DNA of 64,000 bases from Lineus longissimus (lineage: Eukaryota). Made by a program: the position numbers and the translations under genes. Shown piece after piece: positions 36,501 through 51,000 of this stretch. The first letter of the stretch is position 1, and each line of letters opens with the position of its first letter. The notes under the pieces were generated by a model. The model was not told where the DNA came from, searched no databases, and saw nothing but the letters and a program-made list of their open reading frames with translations. The stretch lies in assembly GCF_910592395.1 (NCBI RefSeq), contig NC_088308.1:992001-1056000 (forward strand), in the 5' to 3' direction.

Positions 36501-39500
36501 AACCAACCACCAAAGTTTCATTTTTTAAAAGATCGTGTTCGAAATGTTCAGGTTTTGTATTGTGCAAATATCATTCGACTCTAGTAGCTTCATTAGCGCT
36601 GGTATAAAGTTACCAGTTGATATTTTCTCTCATCTATAACACGGTCTGTGGTTCCCCACACCAGGTAACTAATTAGGTCTAATTCAACTTAAACTGTTTA
36701 TCGGTGAAGGATAACTGGGCGAGACCCGACGCACGCATGGCCTGTCTCTACCTATAGCGTTCCTCCAAGCATCTACCTGTGGGCAGAGCGTGGATCGCGA
36801 GGTTGAACAGCGCTAGATATACACGTAGGCCTTTCCTTAAGCAATGCCATACAGCAGGGCAAGAAGGAACTTTATGTAATTTGCCAAGGATTGAGTCCTT
36901 ATGATCGGTCGGTCGAATATCAATCTGCTTTCAAAGCATTCAAACAAAGCCATTATCTATTTAGCAAGACATTTGTAGATTCCAACACACCACGCGGAAA
37001 GTTGATCGAAGAAAATATTTCAAATTTCCTGACCCTTTGATCTCAGTTTGACTCGATCGTCCAATTGACGCATTCCAGCTAAACAATGGAAGATAATGAT
37101 ACTGCCTTGCATTGCATTGCAGTTTTATCAAAATAGGCTACATATAGACACATTTCGCAACTCGCCTTACGAAGAGCTACGAATGATGAAGTACGAATAT
37201 GCAAATGGATTTCATCGAGGACGGTATTTGATGCGTTGCCTGTCGCAAGAAGGATTTGGGAGTGTCGCGTAGGATTTGATGCGGACATCATAGACCTTCC
37301 TACTTGCCGTTCGTGAGGGGTTGCGAAACCCGCTTAATAAGGACGCTGTAGAGACAAGTATGACATGTTGAATTTGATTTGGGTTTCACGCTTCGTATAA
37401 ACAGACCACTATTCGCCATCAGATGAGAAAAAGACTTCACAAGTTTGTCCCACAAACATACAAATGGACATCGTAAACACTGACCGGAATTGGTTAACAC
37501 ATAACTCTCGATGTTCATAAGTCAAGTTATCGCGAATGCGGATATCAAACAAGCCTTATTTACTACGGGTAACATTGACATTTCAGTGATGCAGGATATC
37601 ATCAGCCGTCTGCCCTTTGCTGGTTAGTGATGTCCTGGGGTAAAAGGACGTCGTCGTCGTCGTCATCATCACCATTGCATCATCATTTCTTTCAGGGTAT
37701 TTTGTGGGCTATAACAATTGTACGTATTCGGTTTTTATAGTCATTCACCTCAAGCTGTCATGGAACAATAGAAGGACACCTTTTTGTAAGGAGACACCGA
37801 TTCGGCAAGATTCGGGCGCGGCACGGACGTCAGGGTGTTTGTAGAATGCGCACCTTTATTGGGTTTGTTCCAGAAAATGTCAGATAGCCCAATTCGCTAA
37901 ATCATTATTCAGGTTTCAGCGAAACTTTCTTAATTTCTGAACTGTTGATGTATGCCTAATGAGTCAATTTTACATGTTCATGTGAATGCCTTTTACTTTA
38001 TAGGCGGTACTATCTCAAGGGCTAATGACTCGTTTGGTCATTCAGTTAGTAAGTAAACTCTGTCAATTCAATGATGAATGTATGATCGAGAGAAAAAAAA
38101 TCAAAACCATTCTCAAAATACACAACCTGCCATTCGCTCCAGCTCTCTGATCAAGAAAAAAAACACTGGCAAAAGTGCATTCGAGTGAGAAATTCAGGGA
38201 AATCACCTTGTGAATGTTTATCGAAGTTTACGGCAAGGAAAGTAGTAAGATCCGCAATGATCCTTTACCTCAACCAACGCGAGGATCAGGTATCGCGCAG
38301 GGGAAATATCACAATAGTTGGTCCGACCACACACCAAACTCATGGACGATATCTGGCGGTCCTGGTCATCATGTTTCTTTTAGGCCGACAATTGTAGCCT
38401 GTTCAGTTAGAATTTCTAGATACCAGTGAGGCAGATGTCGCACTTTTTATGTTTTAAGTTTTGGCCTCCTGGTGGTCAGGTCAAGAACCAGATTGGACCG
38501 AAATGTTGTCTCCGTAACAATTGAATCAGACATACGTGTATAGGCCTTATTGTAACGGAATTGTTTTCTTCAACAGGTCTCTAAGAACAGACACTCCAAG
38601 CTTATTGTGATATAGAATAATATCAGTAGTGAATGTAATGTAAAAAGTAATATCCTCGCCCATTTATTGCATGTTGTAATTCAAGTTATCTAAATGAAAT
38701 CGTCTGACCAAAACCATAACGGAACCATTCGATCCTCATGAAATACCAGGTCAGGTCGAAATGTCTTTTGATTGGAACCGACTGCTCCCGATTGAGCTAA
38801 TCAACACGAAAAGAGCCATGTTCTAGATGCTGGAGATCACATTCATTTCAAAGCAAAGGATGTAATTGCAACTTAAGAAGTGGGTGTAGCCCGCTTTTAC
38901 TTGGCTACAATAGTATTAGACGAAGTAGACAAGTGTAACAATCATTTGACCATTAAAGACAGAACTGCTATTTGCAAATGAGAATGGGTCAAGTGGTAGC
39001 CTAGTTCTTGATAGTGGTACAGGGTACGTGCATCTCTCTGACATCTCAACCACACTGTTGCAGGTAGATAGGGCTGCCAGAGTTTGAAGAATGATGAATG
39101 AACAGAACAGTTCACATCATATTTCAGACTGCCTAACATTTCTCTAACGAAATAAACAAGCTGGGAAAAGCGACGTTTAGTACAGGCACTACTAATACCA
39201 AGGCGCTTCCAACAAATTCTTCTTAGATGTTTATGAAAAAAGCTTTTAACGAGTCTAATCAAGCTCTTGTCATATGTGTTAAGATGGTAAAAGGTTGGTG
39301 TCGAGAGTTCTTTCCGGGTGTCTTTGAGCTGCTTCTTACAAAACAACACGAGGCATAAACGCCCAGAAGTGATTTTAAAACATGTTAAGTCCAGTCTATC
39401 AGGCGTAATCAAGCTTCGAGACCTTTTAAACAGCAATTTAACAATAACGCCAGCAAAAAATGTGGTTGATTTCAGCTTTCGTCTTTATTGAGCTTCCTAT

Positions 39501-42027
39501 TACCTCACCGTCGGAACAAGGCAACTTGAAGCGCAATTGTACAAAAGAACAAAAACATTCAGAGGAATTTCTTAAGGATTTGTTCCGGCTCATCAAGAAA
39601 AGTCATGATCAAGTGAGAATAACGTCTCAAGTACATTGTAAGGACCATTTCTTGTTGCGGTTCCCAATGACTTGTGTGCCGTAACATCATAAAAGGCCAG
39701 CCTTTTGACCCTTCAGCTATGGTGTCATGAAAACGAGAGCAAACTTGGAAAACAAGTCTGGACTTAGAAATACCCAATGCCAGCACAATTCCTCCCAAAT
39801 GCCTCCTTCCAAACATCATGTTGTGGAAAATAGCCAAAGGAATTTGTAGTTATAAGTTCAGATGAAATTATAGTATTAGTTCTGTTTATAGTTCATTCAC
39901 AGTACATTTGACAATTCAGCTGAACAACTAAGACGTTAATCAACTACTGTACGTCACATATCTCCAGCCGAATTCAACACTCGTTTCTCAATCCTCAGTG
40001 CTAGAAAATCAACATCACAACAGCAAAAACAAGACGAACGCTTGCCAAGACGCCAGAAGCTAACTACACTTGGCAGGGCACTTACAGGTAAATGAATTGA
40101 TTTGTTGTATTTAGCGCCTTTTCTTTTTGAGAAGCCGCATAAACAAAACAGACAGTTTAATAAAGAAGAGTAATATAGTCTGCGGAGGGTTGAGTGCAGC
40201 TGAGTTTCAGTGGGCTATTTGCCAGTCTAAGGAAAGAAGACCTGGAAAATATGCTACAACATTTAGATGGCTCAATGTGTTGTGCAGCTTGATGTAATTA
40301 CACCCGTTCTGATGTAGCCAAGAACGTGAAGGTTGGCCTATCATCAGTAACACCTCGTTGGACGTTCACATCAGCGTGTAGGTGTCGGAGAGATATTGAG
40401 GTAATGATGAGGAACACTTCGCTGGGTGTGATCAGCCCAGCCCCGTGCCATCTAACAGCAACAACCAGGAGATATCCCTCCAGCAATGCAGCAGCTTTCA
40501 TGGTCCATCACGTCCAATGTGATTTCAATTATAAAGTGTGGTTCACATTGGTCAGGAGTTGGCAACTTTACGCTGAGCACTATGTTCATAACCTGTTGAA
40601 CCAATGGACATGGTTACTAACAGGTCCCCAATCTCAACCACATCCAGTACTCTCCCACATCCAGATATTTCAATCAGCGAGGTGGAATTCTTAACTTCGG
40701 GAGGCATGATGACCAATGGTTGGATAAGATACCGTTCTCTGACTAAGTCAATCGTTTATGATCACAAGCACCAATGCAATGTAACAAGCCAATAATTAAA
40801 ACCAGCTGCATACGATCAAGTTTCTCTGGCTCAAAATATATCGCTGAAAGCTTCCGTTGTATCTTATTTTTTAAGGTAGATGTCTTACATGATGATCCTG
40901 CAATGCGAACTCGATGCTTTTAGAATACGCTCCACCTCAGCGATGTGACTGCACTTGTCCAGGTATCCGCGGCACACTTCTGTAGTGAGATTTCCTCCTC
41001 AAAGGACCAGTATGAAAAAGTAATGACACGAACCAAGAGATACTAAACTGTTCACTTTATTCAACTGTTCAATCATGTACATTGTAAAATCATTATTTTC
41101 TATCAAACATTCCACACACGAGTGTGGACAAGAAGAAAAAGTGAAACATATCACTTTGAGAAGTCGCTCAATTGTTTTCATTTTGGGTAGGAAACACGGC
41201 CACCTATCTGTAGAACCATGAATCAAGTTACCAAAAGCACATATACATGTATTCTAAAGGGAATTCCTTGGAACTGAAATGGACTGAGAAATATTGCAAT
41301 GTCCTAGTTGAAAAACGATAACCTCTTTCACTTTTTGTCCTTGGTCAGTTAAGTGCAGTATCTACATGTACAAACTAATGATCTATGGCTTCATACAAAA
41401 TAGTTTAGATTATGAAGTACAATGCCAAAAATATTTCACTCTGTGATCTGAAGAAGATATAAGAACTACTCAGATTTTAAAACTGATCCCTTCATCTTCC
41501 TCATACCTGATAAATCACTTGTTCAAAGGCCTGATTCCTCGAGTAGAATAAAAGCACAACTGAGAACACCTCTCAGCAACACTAAATGCACATAATTACA
41601 AAAGAGAATCATGAATCACAATTCAAAGTATCAACAGATACATGTAATCTGGTATCAATAAAGACAAAGTTTCACCTTGATTCAAGTACACTAGTTCGGT
41701 GATCCTGAATCCATCCCCACCACATTTTCCAGAAATTACCCAATTTTTATTAAAACTACTACTATATTTAGGAAACCCTGTCTTGAACTTCAGTAGCCAT
41801 ACCCTGAATGCTATAAAAGTCAGCACTCATTATAGAATGAGTACATGTACCTTCCCAAAACCATACAAGTAATAATGTATCCAAGTCAGTAATTGACCAA
41901 ATGACATTTCAAAGTCTGAGCATGATTTGGTCCCAGTACAATACGGCCACTCCACAAACCCAGGAGACAACATCCTGCATATTATGATCCAAAGGTCAGT
42001 TCTCTTGATGGTGTCGTCACCAATCTC

Positions 42028-45000
42028 TCAGAATCCCTTCACTCCAGCTGCTTTCCTGATCTGCTCATAGCTCAACCAGAAGATCAGTGACCACGGAGCC
42101 TGCAAGAGGAGAAATACATGTGAACTCTCTCAGTCAGTAGGACTACTTCTTAGAAGACAACATTCCATCAACTCCAAGCCCTTTCAAAGTTTCGTGCCTA
42201 GCTTGAGCTGGTCTCAAAGTGCTTTACATTGACTGTCATACATGTAGATCCCCACAGGCCACTCTCAGGGGTTCAAAGAGCTGCAGCTCAATTCAGCACT
42301 CACTCACTTGGGTCGGGGATCTGAAGCAAAGACACTTTCATCACAACCCCGACACCTTCATCTGTATGCCCCCCCCCCCCGCCACATCATCTAGAGTGAA
42401 GTCTCTGACAGATAGTCTGGCAGAGAGGATCAAAAGCGCTAAGGTTCCGTAAAAACTTTCTGAAATATCTTTTCAGACTGATCAAGCATGAAAGGGTCAG
42501 TATTGACTTCAGTTTCTTCAAAAAAAAAGACGAATTGGAGAGAGTGATATTCATAAAGGGTTAATCATCTTGACTTTGAGAGAATGTAAATGAGCTTTGT
42601 CACTTGGCTTGTAACAACAACTGCCACACTGAATACACATTTCCCGCCTTGCACAACCACTGAGCGAAAACAGACAAACGCCCAACAAAAAATGACTAGA
42701 AAAATATTGTCAGACAAAAAGCAAGGCACGGCACCATGGCGCATGATCAAAAATATTATCATTCATTGACTTGTTCGCTTTGTCGGGATATAAAAGAGTT
42801 GGATTCATTCCTTGTGGTAGCCTTAGAGTGTCTGACATCGATCTGAAGGAATGTCCGGTCAAACATGAATGAGATCAGCGGTGCATTTTAGAGACTCGGG
42901 TGGCATAACAGAACCCAACGCCAACATGGTTCAAGTAACCTCAACTATCCATGAAGTCTATAAAGGACGAAATTTGTTTATTCTAACACATTACTTCACA
43001 AATATTGACGAAGGAAGTACATTATTACAGTTTAACAGTTTGTTAAAGATCCACAGTCTATTTGGTTAAAGCATAAAATCAACATAGTTTCAATGTTATT
43101 GCTTCTACAAGGTTTCGGTCAATAGTTTCCAATGAGGACTTACCATCAGGCTACTAGTACATGATTGAGTCAACAAAACTGCATGTCCATGAGATTTACA
43201 TAGATTTGAAGATGTCACTGGAAGATTACCCAGCAAAATTTAGAAACTCAAGAAGATTTCCAATGCGTCACAAAATGACTCTCCTTGCAAGGACTTAAGC
43301 TTACCATTCTGGCCCATATCGGGATGAAGCCTTTGTACAATGCTAAAAAACCTTCTTGTCGGACAGTCTTCATTAGGCAGTCTATAGATGAGGTATATAA
43401 CACTCCTCTGGAAAACATAAGGCACACAATATTTTACAATGAGAGTCATGAGAGCTATTTGACGGATGGCTTGTTTGTAAGAAAAGCTGATAAACCACCA
43501 TCAACATTCTATCCACAACATTATTTCATCGAACCCTGATCTATTTTCATGGCACCCATTTATTTATCTTTCCATTCCAGGTCAGTTATCTTTCTCCAAT
43601 CTTTTTGTTTTAATAATGTACCAGTGGCGACTGGAATGTATCTATTAGGCTGAGAAAAACTCTGCATTAACTGTAGATTTAGCAAGATCAGATGGATGTG
43701 GTTAGACTGCCGGGCTCATAATCAGGAGGTTGTGGGTTCATCTCTTCGAAAGATCATCGCCAATTCATCTTTGTGACCTTGAGCAAGACCCTTAACTCAA
43801 CTTGCTTCTCTCCACCCAAATGTGAATGAAGTCCCTGTGTAGGCCACATACTCCAGTGGACAAGAGGCCAAGGGGCTGAAAAACCCTACAAGTTGGACCT
43901 AATATTTGATTCTGTTCTTGCAATCTGCAATACTTCTTAACTGGACTTTTTCCAAAAATGATTGGAACTTCAAAGTTCAAGGCCTACATCGTGTCAAGCA
44001 GTTTGATAAAATTAAGATAAAGCAGGCAGACAGACATGGAAACTTCCATAAACCAGATTTCAGTGAAAACCTAAAACACAACAAGCTTTTCCAGCATTTG
44101 ACAAATCCATTAAAGCTAAAATAATTGACCAACACTTCCTTTAAGACCTGCACTCATCTGATATCACTTGTTAGTTTATCTAAAAGCAAGGAAATTTTAT
44201 CCGAGACCGACTTGTTTATACCTTCTTTTAACATAAACCTGGCCTTTTGACCTGCATAACTCATATCATTTGCTTACACATAGTTTCTGGGTAGAGTATC
44301 AAATAAAAATGTGAATGTTTTGCTCAAGGTTTGTGGCTGCATGAGCTACTGACGTGGGTTTATAAAGAGAGTGCTAATGCAGGTGAAGGAGTTGCAGTTA
44401 ACCCAGTATGAATAAACTGAGTTGGGGAACGAACTGACAACTAGAGTAGTGACACTGACACAGTTTAACACAAATAAAACACTAAACAAGAGCAAAGTCA
44501 GTTGTTTTATCATGACTGTATAATCTTTTGACATTCTGTCAGCAGTACCACAAGGCTTGAGGGGAACTTGTAGGTAAACTGACATGGTTTTGTTCAACTA
44601 GAGACTTTTCTCACTTGAGTCATATGCTGTAAAGGCCGAGTCAAACATCGAACTCACCGTCCATCTTTGGTTGGTTGGTTCATCACCCTCGTTTTGACAA
44701 CATCCGCGGGTGTACCAAGTGTTGCCGACACTAGGCCTGCACAGCAACTGAAACAGGAGAAACACAAAGTTTTGATCAAATATGCAACGTCAATGATTCG
44801 TAGGTTGTTTTATTTCACTGGCACCACTTATCGATGACAGTCAAAAGTCATTGCCATTGCCACCCCACCCCTCATCGACATAAAATATTCTATCCCTGCT
44901 GAATTGGAAATAGTACAATTATTTCTATACCAGCAATATTCATCATAGGGTTTACAGGGGCTGCTACCTCCCTCACTTATCAACAGCTGTTACACTGGAC

Positions 45001-48000
45001 ATGTAGAATTAAGCTCCGTCAATAGTCTGAACACAAACCACTAAAAGGTATAATATTGTATTGATTTGCCCTTACCTTGATAAGAAGTGTGTTAATGAGT
45101 TATCGACTAAAGCTGTGTGTTTGAGAATGAACTGTTTGGCAGTATCGTATGTCGTGAGATCTGAAACAAAGAAAACAGGCTCAACACTCAACTCCTGGGA
45201 TTGGGAAAGATGATATTGATAAACACATGTATAATGAAGAAACACACGGAAATCTTGTTTTGTTAAATATCAACAATTTTGGTAGTTACTTGGATGCATT
45301 TTTTAAGGTGCACCTGGGAGCGATGAAAAGTGAGAGAAAAGAGCCCCCTGGTTGCATAAGGGTCTGTGTGGGGGCAAGTCAGATGGGGTTAAAGAATGGG
45401 TTCAGAATGTCATTTTGTTGAAAGTCGACAGATTTCAATGTTCTCGTGGTGATTGCCTGCTGAAGCAAGTTCAAATTATGTGCGACTTCACCGCAGTTGA
45501 GATGATACTGATAAGATAATTTTCTATTATTTTGTGATTCAGATCCTTAAAAAGTTCAAGTCAGCTGATACACAACATTGCGGATTCGTACATTCACAAT
45601 TTGATTTCATTCATAAACTGAAGACCACGTTAACTGATAATCAAAGGTAGAGCCATCTATGAAGTGTGTGGCAAACTGTCTGTTAAACACAGATTGGTCC
45701 TCCTGTACTATTCAAAAAATAGGGACAGGCAAATAGGATATTTGTGAATGGCAGAGTTTCATTGATTTCTTGACCCCTCTAAAGAAGTCAAAACAAGGTT
45801 CCACCCCAGCTGTATGAGGCCTTAGATTTTGCTTGTACCCAGCAATTCAGAACAAGAGTGAATCGCTGAACTAGACTAGAAAATATAGAATCAAATATTT
45901 ACGCTGAAAAAAACAAGGCATATCAAATATGTGCATATTTAATTTATATCAGGAAGCAGGTACAGAAGATATACAAAGGGAAACTCGTTATTACCAAACC
46001 AATTATCTTACTCATACTAAACCCAATGATATCTGTAAGCAATCAATCTGATTGCTTCTTGGAAGAAAGTACATGTATATTCAGTCAAAAAGCAATATTT
46101 TGGGAGTTTACCACAAACTTACCCCACGCAAATATTCACTGACAAAATTTCCAAACCAACTGATAGTTTCACAATATCCAAGTAAAAGATAATTTATGAC
46201 TAAGCCAAAAATATCGTCTTTCTTGAAGAAAATGCACTTTTGTTGACAATTTACAGCTATTTTCAACACGAATATCATAACAAAAAGAAATACTCTTCAT
46301 TCATAAACAAACTGTCCACCAGTTGAGAGAGTTGATATTCTGTACACATGTGCCTTGTTGCATATTAGAGTGAAATATGCAGCAAATTACATGGGATGCA
46401 CTGGGATCACTGAAGAGAGAAGCATTCTGCAAGTCACTGAATTCCTTACACCAAAATGAACATGCTGGATATAGTGAGTTGAGCTGCCAGTTGAGGAAAG
46501 TCTGTCACACAAAGGCCATAATGGCCTATTACAGGTAAAAAAGGGCTTTTGTCCAGGCAACCGGAACCCTTAATCGACATGGCAACACATTATGTCAATT
46601 TCATCATCACCTCATTCACGCTGTCTTCTTGATACCAAGGGAACCAGTATCTAACTATTTTCACCAAGGCCAACCCAGAGAAAACAGCTACATTCTTCCA
46701 TCTTGACGAAGCAACTTGAAACCACTTCTCTAACATGCTGGATTGTGTTTCTGAACATTGTACTCATAGTGAGAAAGGCATTATGTAAAAGCTAATTACA
46801 TTCAATCATTCAATCAAGGGTTTGATTAGCTGTCAAACTGACAAGCTCTACATGTAACACTCGGCAAGGAAACATTGGTCAACACCCACCAAAACCATTG
46901 ATAGTTCAAAATGGGATTTACCACATTGGTAAACCCGACATATTTACCAGAAATTCGCGAGCTTGTGGAATGACTTTCTCTCTAGAGTGAGAATACAACT
47001 CTGCTATTATGAAGTATACTTGTCTGTCTGCAGGCACACTAACCTCCCATGTTGACCAGGGCTGCTCGCTGCACATTTGGCACCCAACCTTTCCACAAGC
47101 CTCGGACTCCGCCTTCCCGTAATATTTTTGAGAAAGCATGCCAAGGACCTTTTACTCTGAAATTTGCATAACCATTGCAAAGTAACACAATACAGAACAT
47201 TCAAGGAACAGTGCTGCAAGATTAGACGTAGGAACGCTTGCGTTAGCTGATGAAATGGACATCACACAGCACAAAATCTTTCCCTTGTGTTGGTGAGATG
47301 ATGTGGCTATCTTCATATTTGGGACTGGATCAGGCTTTCAGGCTTTCTGTAAAAGACGTGCAGTGCCGCCGCATTGGAGAACTTGATGGCCAACTTGTGA
47401 CCATGGACGGCAAACTGATGAGATTATGTCAGTAAAACACCACTGGCAAACAAATGAAAGATACACTGCATCAGTTTGTATGCATGTAAGCCATAGAGTG
47501 CAGTGCTGTTTGAATTGATATAACTTCATTGTGTCCAGTCCAAAACCATATGTTTTCTGTCCAATATGGCAGTGATGACGTCAAACGTACCAAGCAAAAG
47601 TTCCACAACGTCTGATCTTGCAACCCTGTTATGCAGTAACTAAGGAGAAGCAGGAAGACTGATGATTGACGCATGCATTGGCAAGATTTGGCTGGTTCCT
47701 GCCCGACAGGCGAGCTAACATGGTGAAGGACATGTTTCTTTCCTTTGCTACATGTAAAATCAAATAACAACATATTGATCAGTCTTGGCGATCAAGAGAC
47801 CAGATGATCAGATCTGAAGTCTCACCAATGTATGATGATGATCTCGTATAAACACATGAGTCTTCCGGCCCACAAAGATGGCAAAATCTCAGTATAGTAC
47901 AACTTCAGATCACCTCGCTATCATGGGATAGAGAAAATTGTACACTGCCCATAACTCTTCCTTCACAGGCATCATGCAGAGGATTTAACAAATTTGCAAG

Positions 48001-51000
48001 CGGCAATAAGAAGATTTGTAACAGCAGTGGACCAAGCCGGTTACTTATTAGGACAACTCCACAATAAATTAGAAGTTGCTGATCTAGTTAAGATATACCA
48101 TGTAGAGTGTTTATCACCATGCAATCTCAGCCAAAGGCCAGGGACCAGCGGAGAAACACTGACATCACATGACTGATGTCACCGCAAACTAGAAATGAGA
48201 AAAGCTCACAATTATTTCCAGCCATACTTTTTCAAATGTGTTTACCAGCCGAAGGAATTGAGTAGCTTTGTTGTACTGACCCTGCCTGAATTCTGATAAA
48301 ACATCTCTGAGATATAATTTTCAGGTTCCATGAGATTCATCAAAGAACAGAACTTTTAAGCAATTTAGTGCATATTAGTCCAAAATACTGATTCCGATAA
48401 TAGCTTTTCAAGGCACCCACTTTTCCCGCAACCTGTCTCTACGTTTGTTTAAAACTCATCATTCAGCCAAAGGAAATATGCAACACGCTGTGAAAAAAAA
48501 GTACTGATGATGACAGTACATCTTACTAAAAACGTTGTCATCATGTTTTATTTTAGATGTCTGTGTCAGGCTTAGATTTCAACTTAAGAAATTCAATGAT
48601 TTTAAGGATGGCCAACTACGTGATGGCTCGAGATGTCCTACAGGAACATCACTGAAAGAAACAGATCAAAAACTCTGGAAATAAAGCATATTGTTATAGC
48701 AAAAGGGTCTGTAGAACACAGAATTAGAGTGCTGATTGTGTGTGATCATAGTCACAAGAGAGTTACGTTCAGGAGCTGAGGACCCCAAGCAGCACAGGGA
48801 TTCAAATGGCAGCCTCTCGCAAGTCATCCAAATGATTGATACAACCTAATGTTTGCAAAAAATTGGCTTCAAATTCTGTGCTCCATTCCAGACACTAGAA
48901 AAAGTGGAAAGCCCTTCAAGGATGGATCGGGTCTTATTCTTTTCCTGAACATACAACCCGAAATGACAAACTATCCCGTCAAATATCTAAATTGATCATT
49001 TTTATCAATGCTCAATACCTTTCATGACGGAAGAAAAGTGTCATGAAAATAGCTCTTCGGTTGTCACCAATCAAATCCGATGTTTTTGTCACAAATCTGT
49101 TGTTTTTACTTATCAACTGCTTGCACCCCGTCGCCCTCCCATCCTTGAAAGGTCCAGAAAATTGGAGAAGACTGTCCTCACAAACGGCATAAACAGTGGC
49201 AAATTAAGGTTTTACTTAAAGTGCACAAGTGCACATTTTTCTGTGCCATTATCATTAAGATTTTCCTGAAGTCCAGTGTTCTCCATTCACATTCCATACA
49301 AACCTTCTGCAGTCTTATGAAATCAGGAATGCGCCCCCAAAATGTGGACGAACTACCAACAAAGAGAAAAGGTTTGGACAAACTGAAGCAGTATCTTTGT
49401 CTACATAGTCGATGCACGACGAGACCAGAAAAGTGGCCAAAGCCTATTTATCTGACTTTGAAGAACTATTTACAAAAGTTATCCCTGTATTAAACAGCTT
49501 ACCTAGGTTTTTTCCCCTCTAATCGTCTTCGGCCCTCTGCTTGCATTTGTACTTTGACAAGGTCAGCTGGGCTTGCTAAAAATTGTCCTAAACCGCCGGC
49601 TAACAGGCCACCCGTGATTGCTTTCCTGAAATCACAATGAAAGTTCGATATTTAGTGGCCATCATAGTCTAAAGTCTGTAGTAGCCACAAGTTTGGCAGT
49701 CTGATTTCTCCAAGTAATTCCCACAGGCACAACAGCTTGGTTTTCAGTTGTGCTAATTCTGGCCCTGTCTTTGGTCGATGGCTAGAGTTGGGATCTCCAA
49801 CCAGCACTGGCAAAATGATGTTTCCACATGCAATCATGCGTACAGTTTTCAAATGAAGCCAAATACCATTCTCGCCTATGGATGTTAAGCAATGGCCTGA
49901 CATTTACCACTCCCAAGGTAGAGCTTACCATAATGGAAAAGAACCGTCCTTTTCTTTTCCTAGAATATTTTCCCGTAACATCTCGTAAAATGCCATTCTG
50001 CACCCAGTGTATACTGAAATGAAGCAGCAAAGTGTTAAACAAACACCAATCATAGTTCAGAGCTCAAATGCAACCAGGGCCACCCCAGCCAAGGCAGTTC
50101 CCATCGACTGCCTATGTCTCCAACTGTCTCCAGGTAACAACATGAATGTGTCATTCATTGATCCATGGCCAAGGATCAGATTATGGTAATTAAACGAGTC
50201 TCACCTCAAGGAGATGATAGATTTACAATCTCTATAACAACCATCACACAAGGATGTTTTTCTTAGAGTGTGCTATTGGTCACAAATCAATGAATCAATC
50301 AATATTCATTACGGTGTAAGCTAATTCTTACATCCATGTATCAAGTACAAATAGAAGTTTCCATTTTTATCATGGTGTTCTTCAGCTTCAGTTTGGATCA
50401 GAACCCTGAACAGAATCATAGTAGACCAAGCTAAAATATCGACTCTAGAGCCAAACCTGGTCTACAATTTACAAACTACACACTAGAGTATCAGTGAAGC
50501 AATGGTTCAGATGCCAGGTTCATGATCATGAACCCCACCTCCTGGTAGAACCACAAACTGAACAGTGTCCTCGAGCAAGATACTAGACCAGGCAGTTTCA
50601 TCTCTCCACCCAGGAGTATGGTACAGGTCTCAAGTGAGCGCTGTATGATAGTATGAGATGTCAAAATGTATGTGGCTACACTTACTTGCATGGCGGTAAA
50701 TTGCCGGTGATAACCCTTGCCATAATTTGAAAAATCCTTCCTCATTAACTGAAAGAAATATGACAAGTTAAACTTTGTACATAATGGTAATCATTTCGTT
50801 GTTGGGACTGACGTAAGTCAAATAGGGAGGTGTCCTGATTACTGAGGTCAAATTGCACAGAAAAGACTCATTTGTGACCAAATCACTGGCCTTAATAGTG
50901 ATCGATGGGGTGTCCTGCTAAAACAGTAAGAAGATATGTCTGATTGGGCTAACTCACCTGCTCTATTGAAAGGGCACTAATGGTCAATGAAAGGATGCAC

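Noticed and set aside
38942..39436. 164-aa minus-strand ORF
   Set aside because: No motifs, a non-ATG start and no splice context; the opposite strand looks more protein-like.
43690..43760. tRNA gene
   Set aside because: No acceptor stem or complete cloverleaf; it continues into a CORE-like SINE body.
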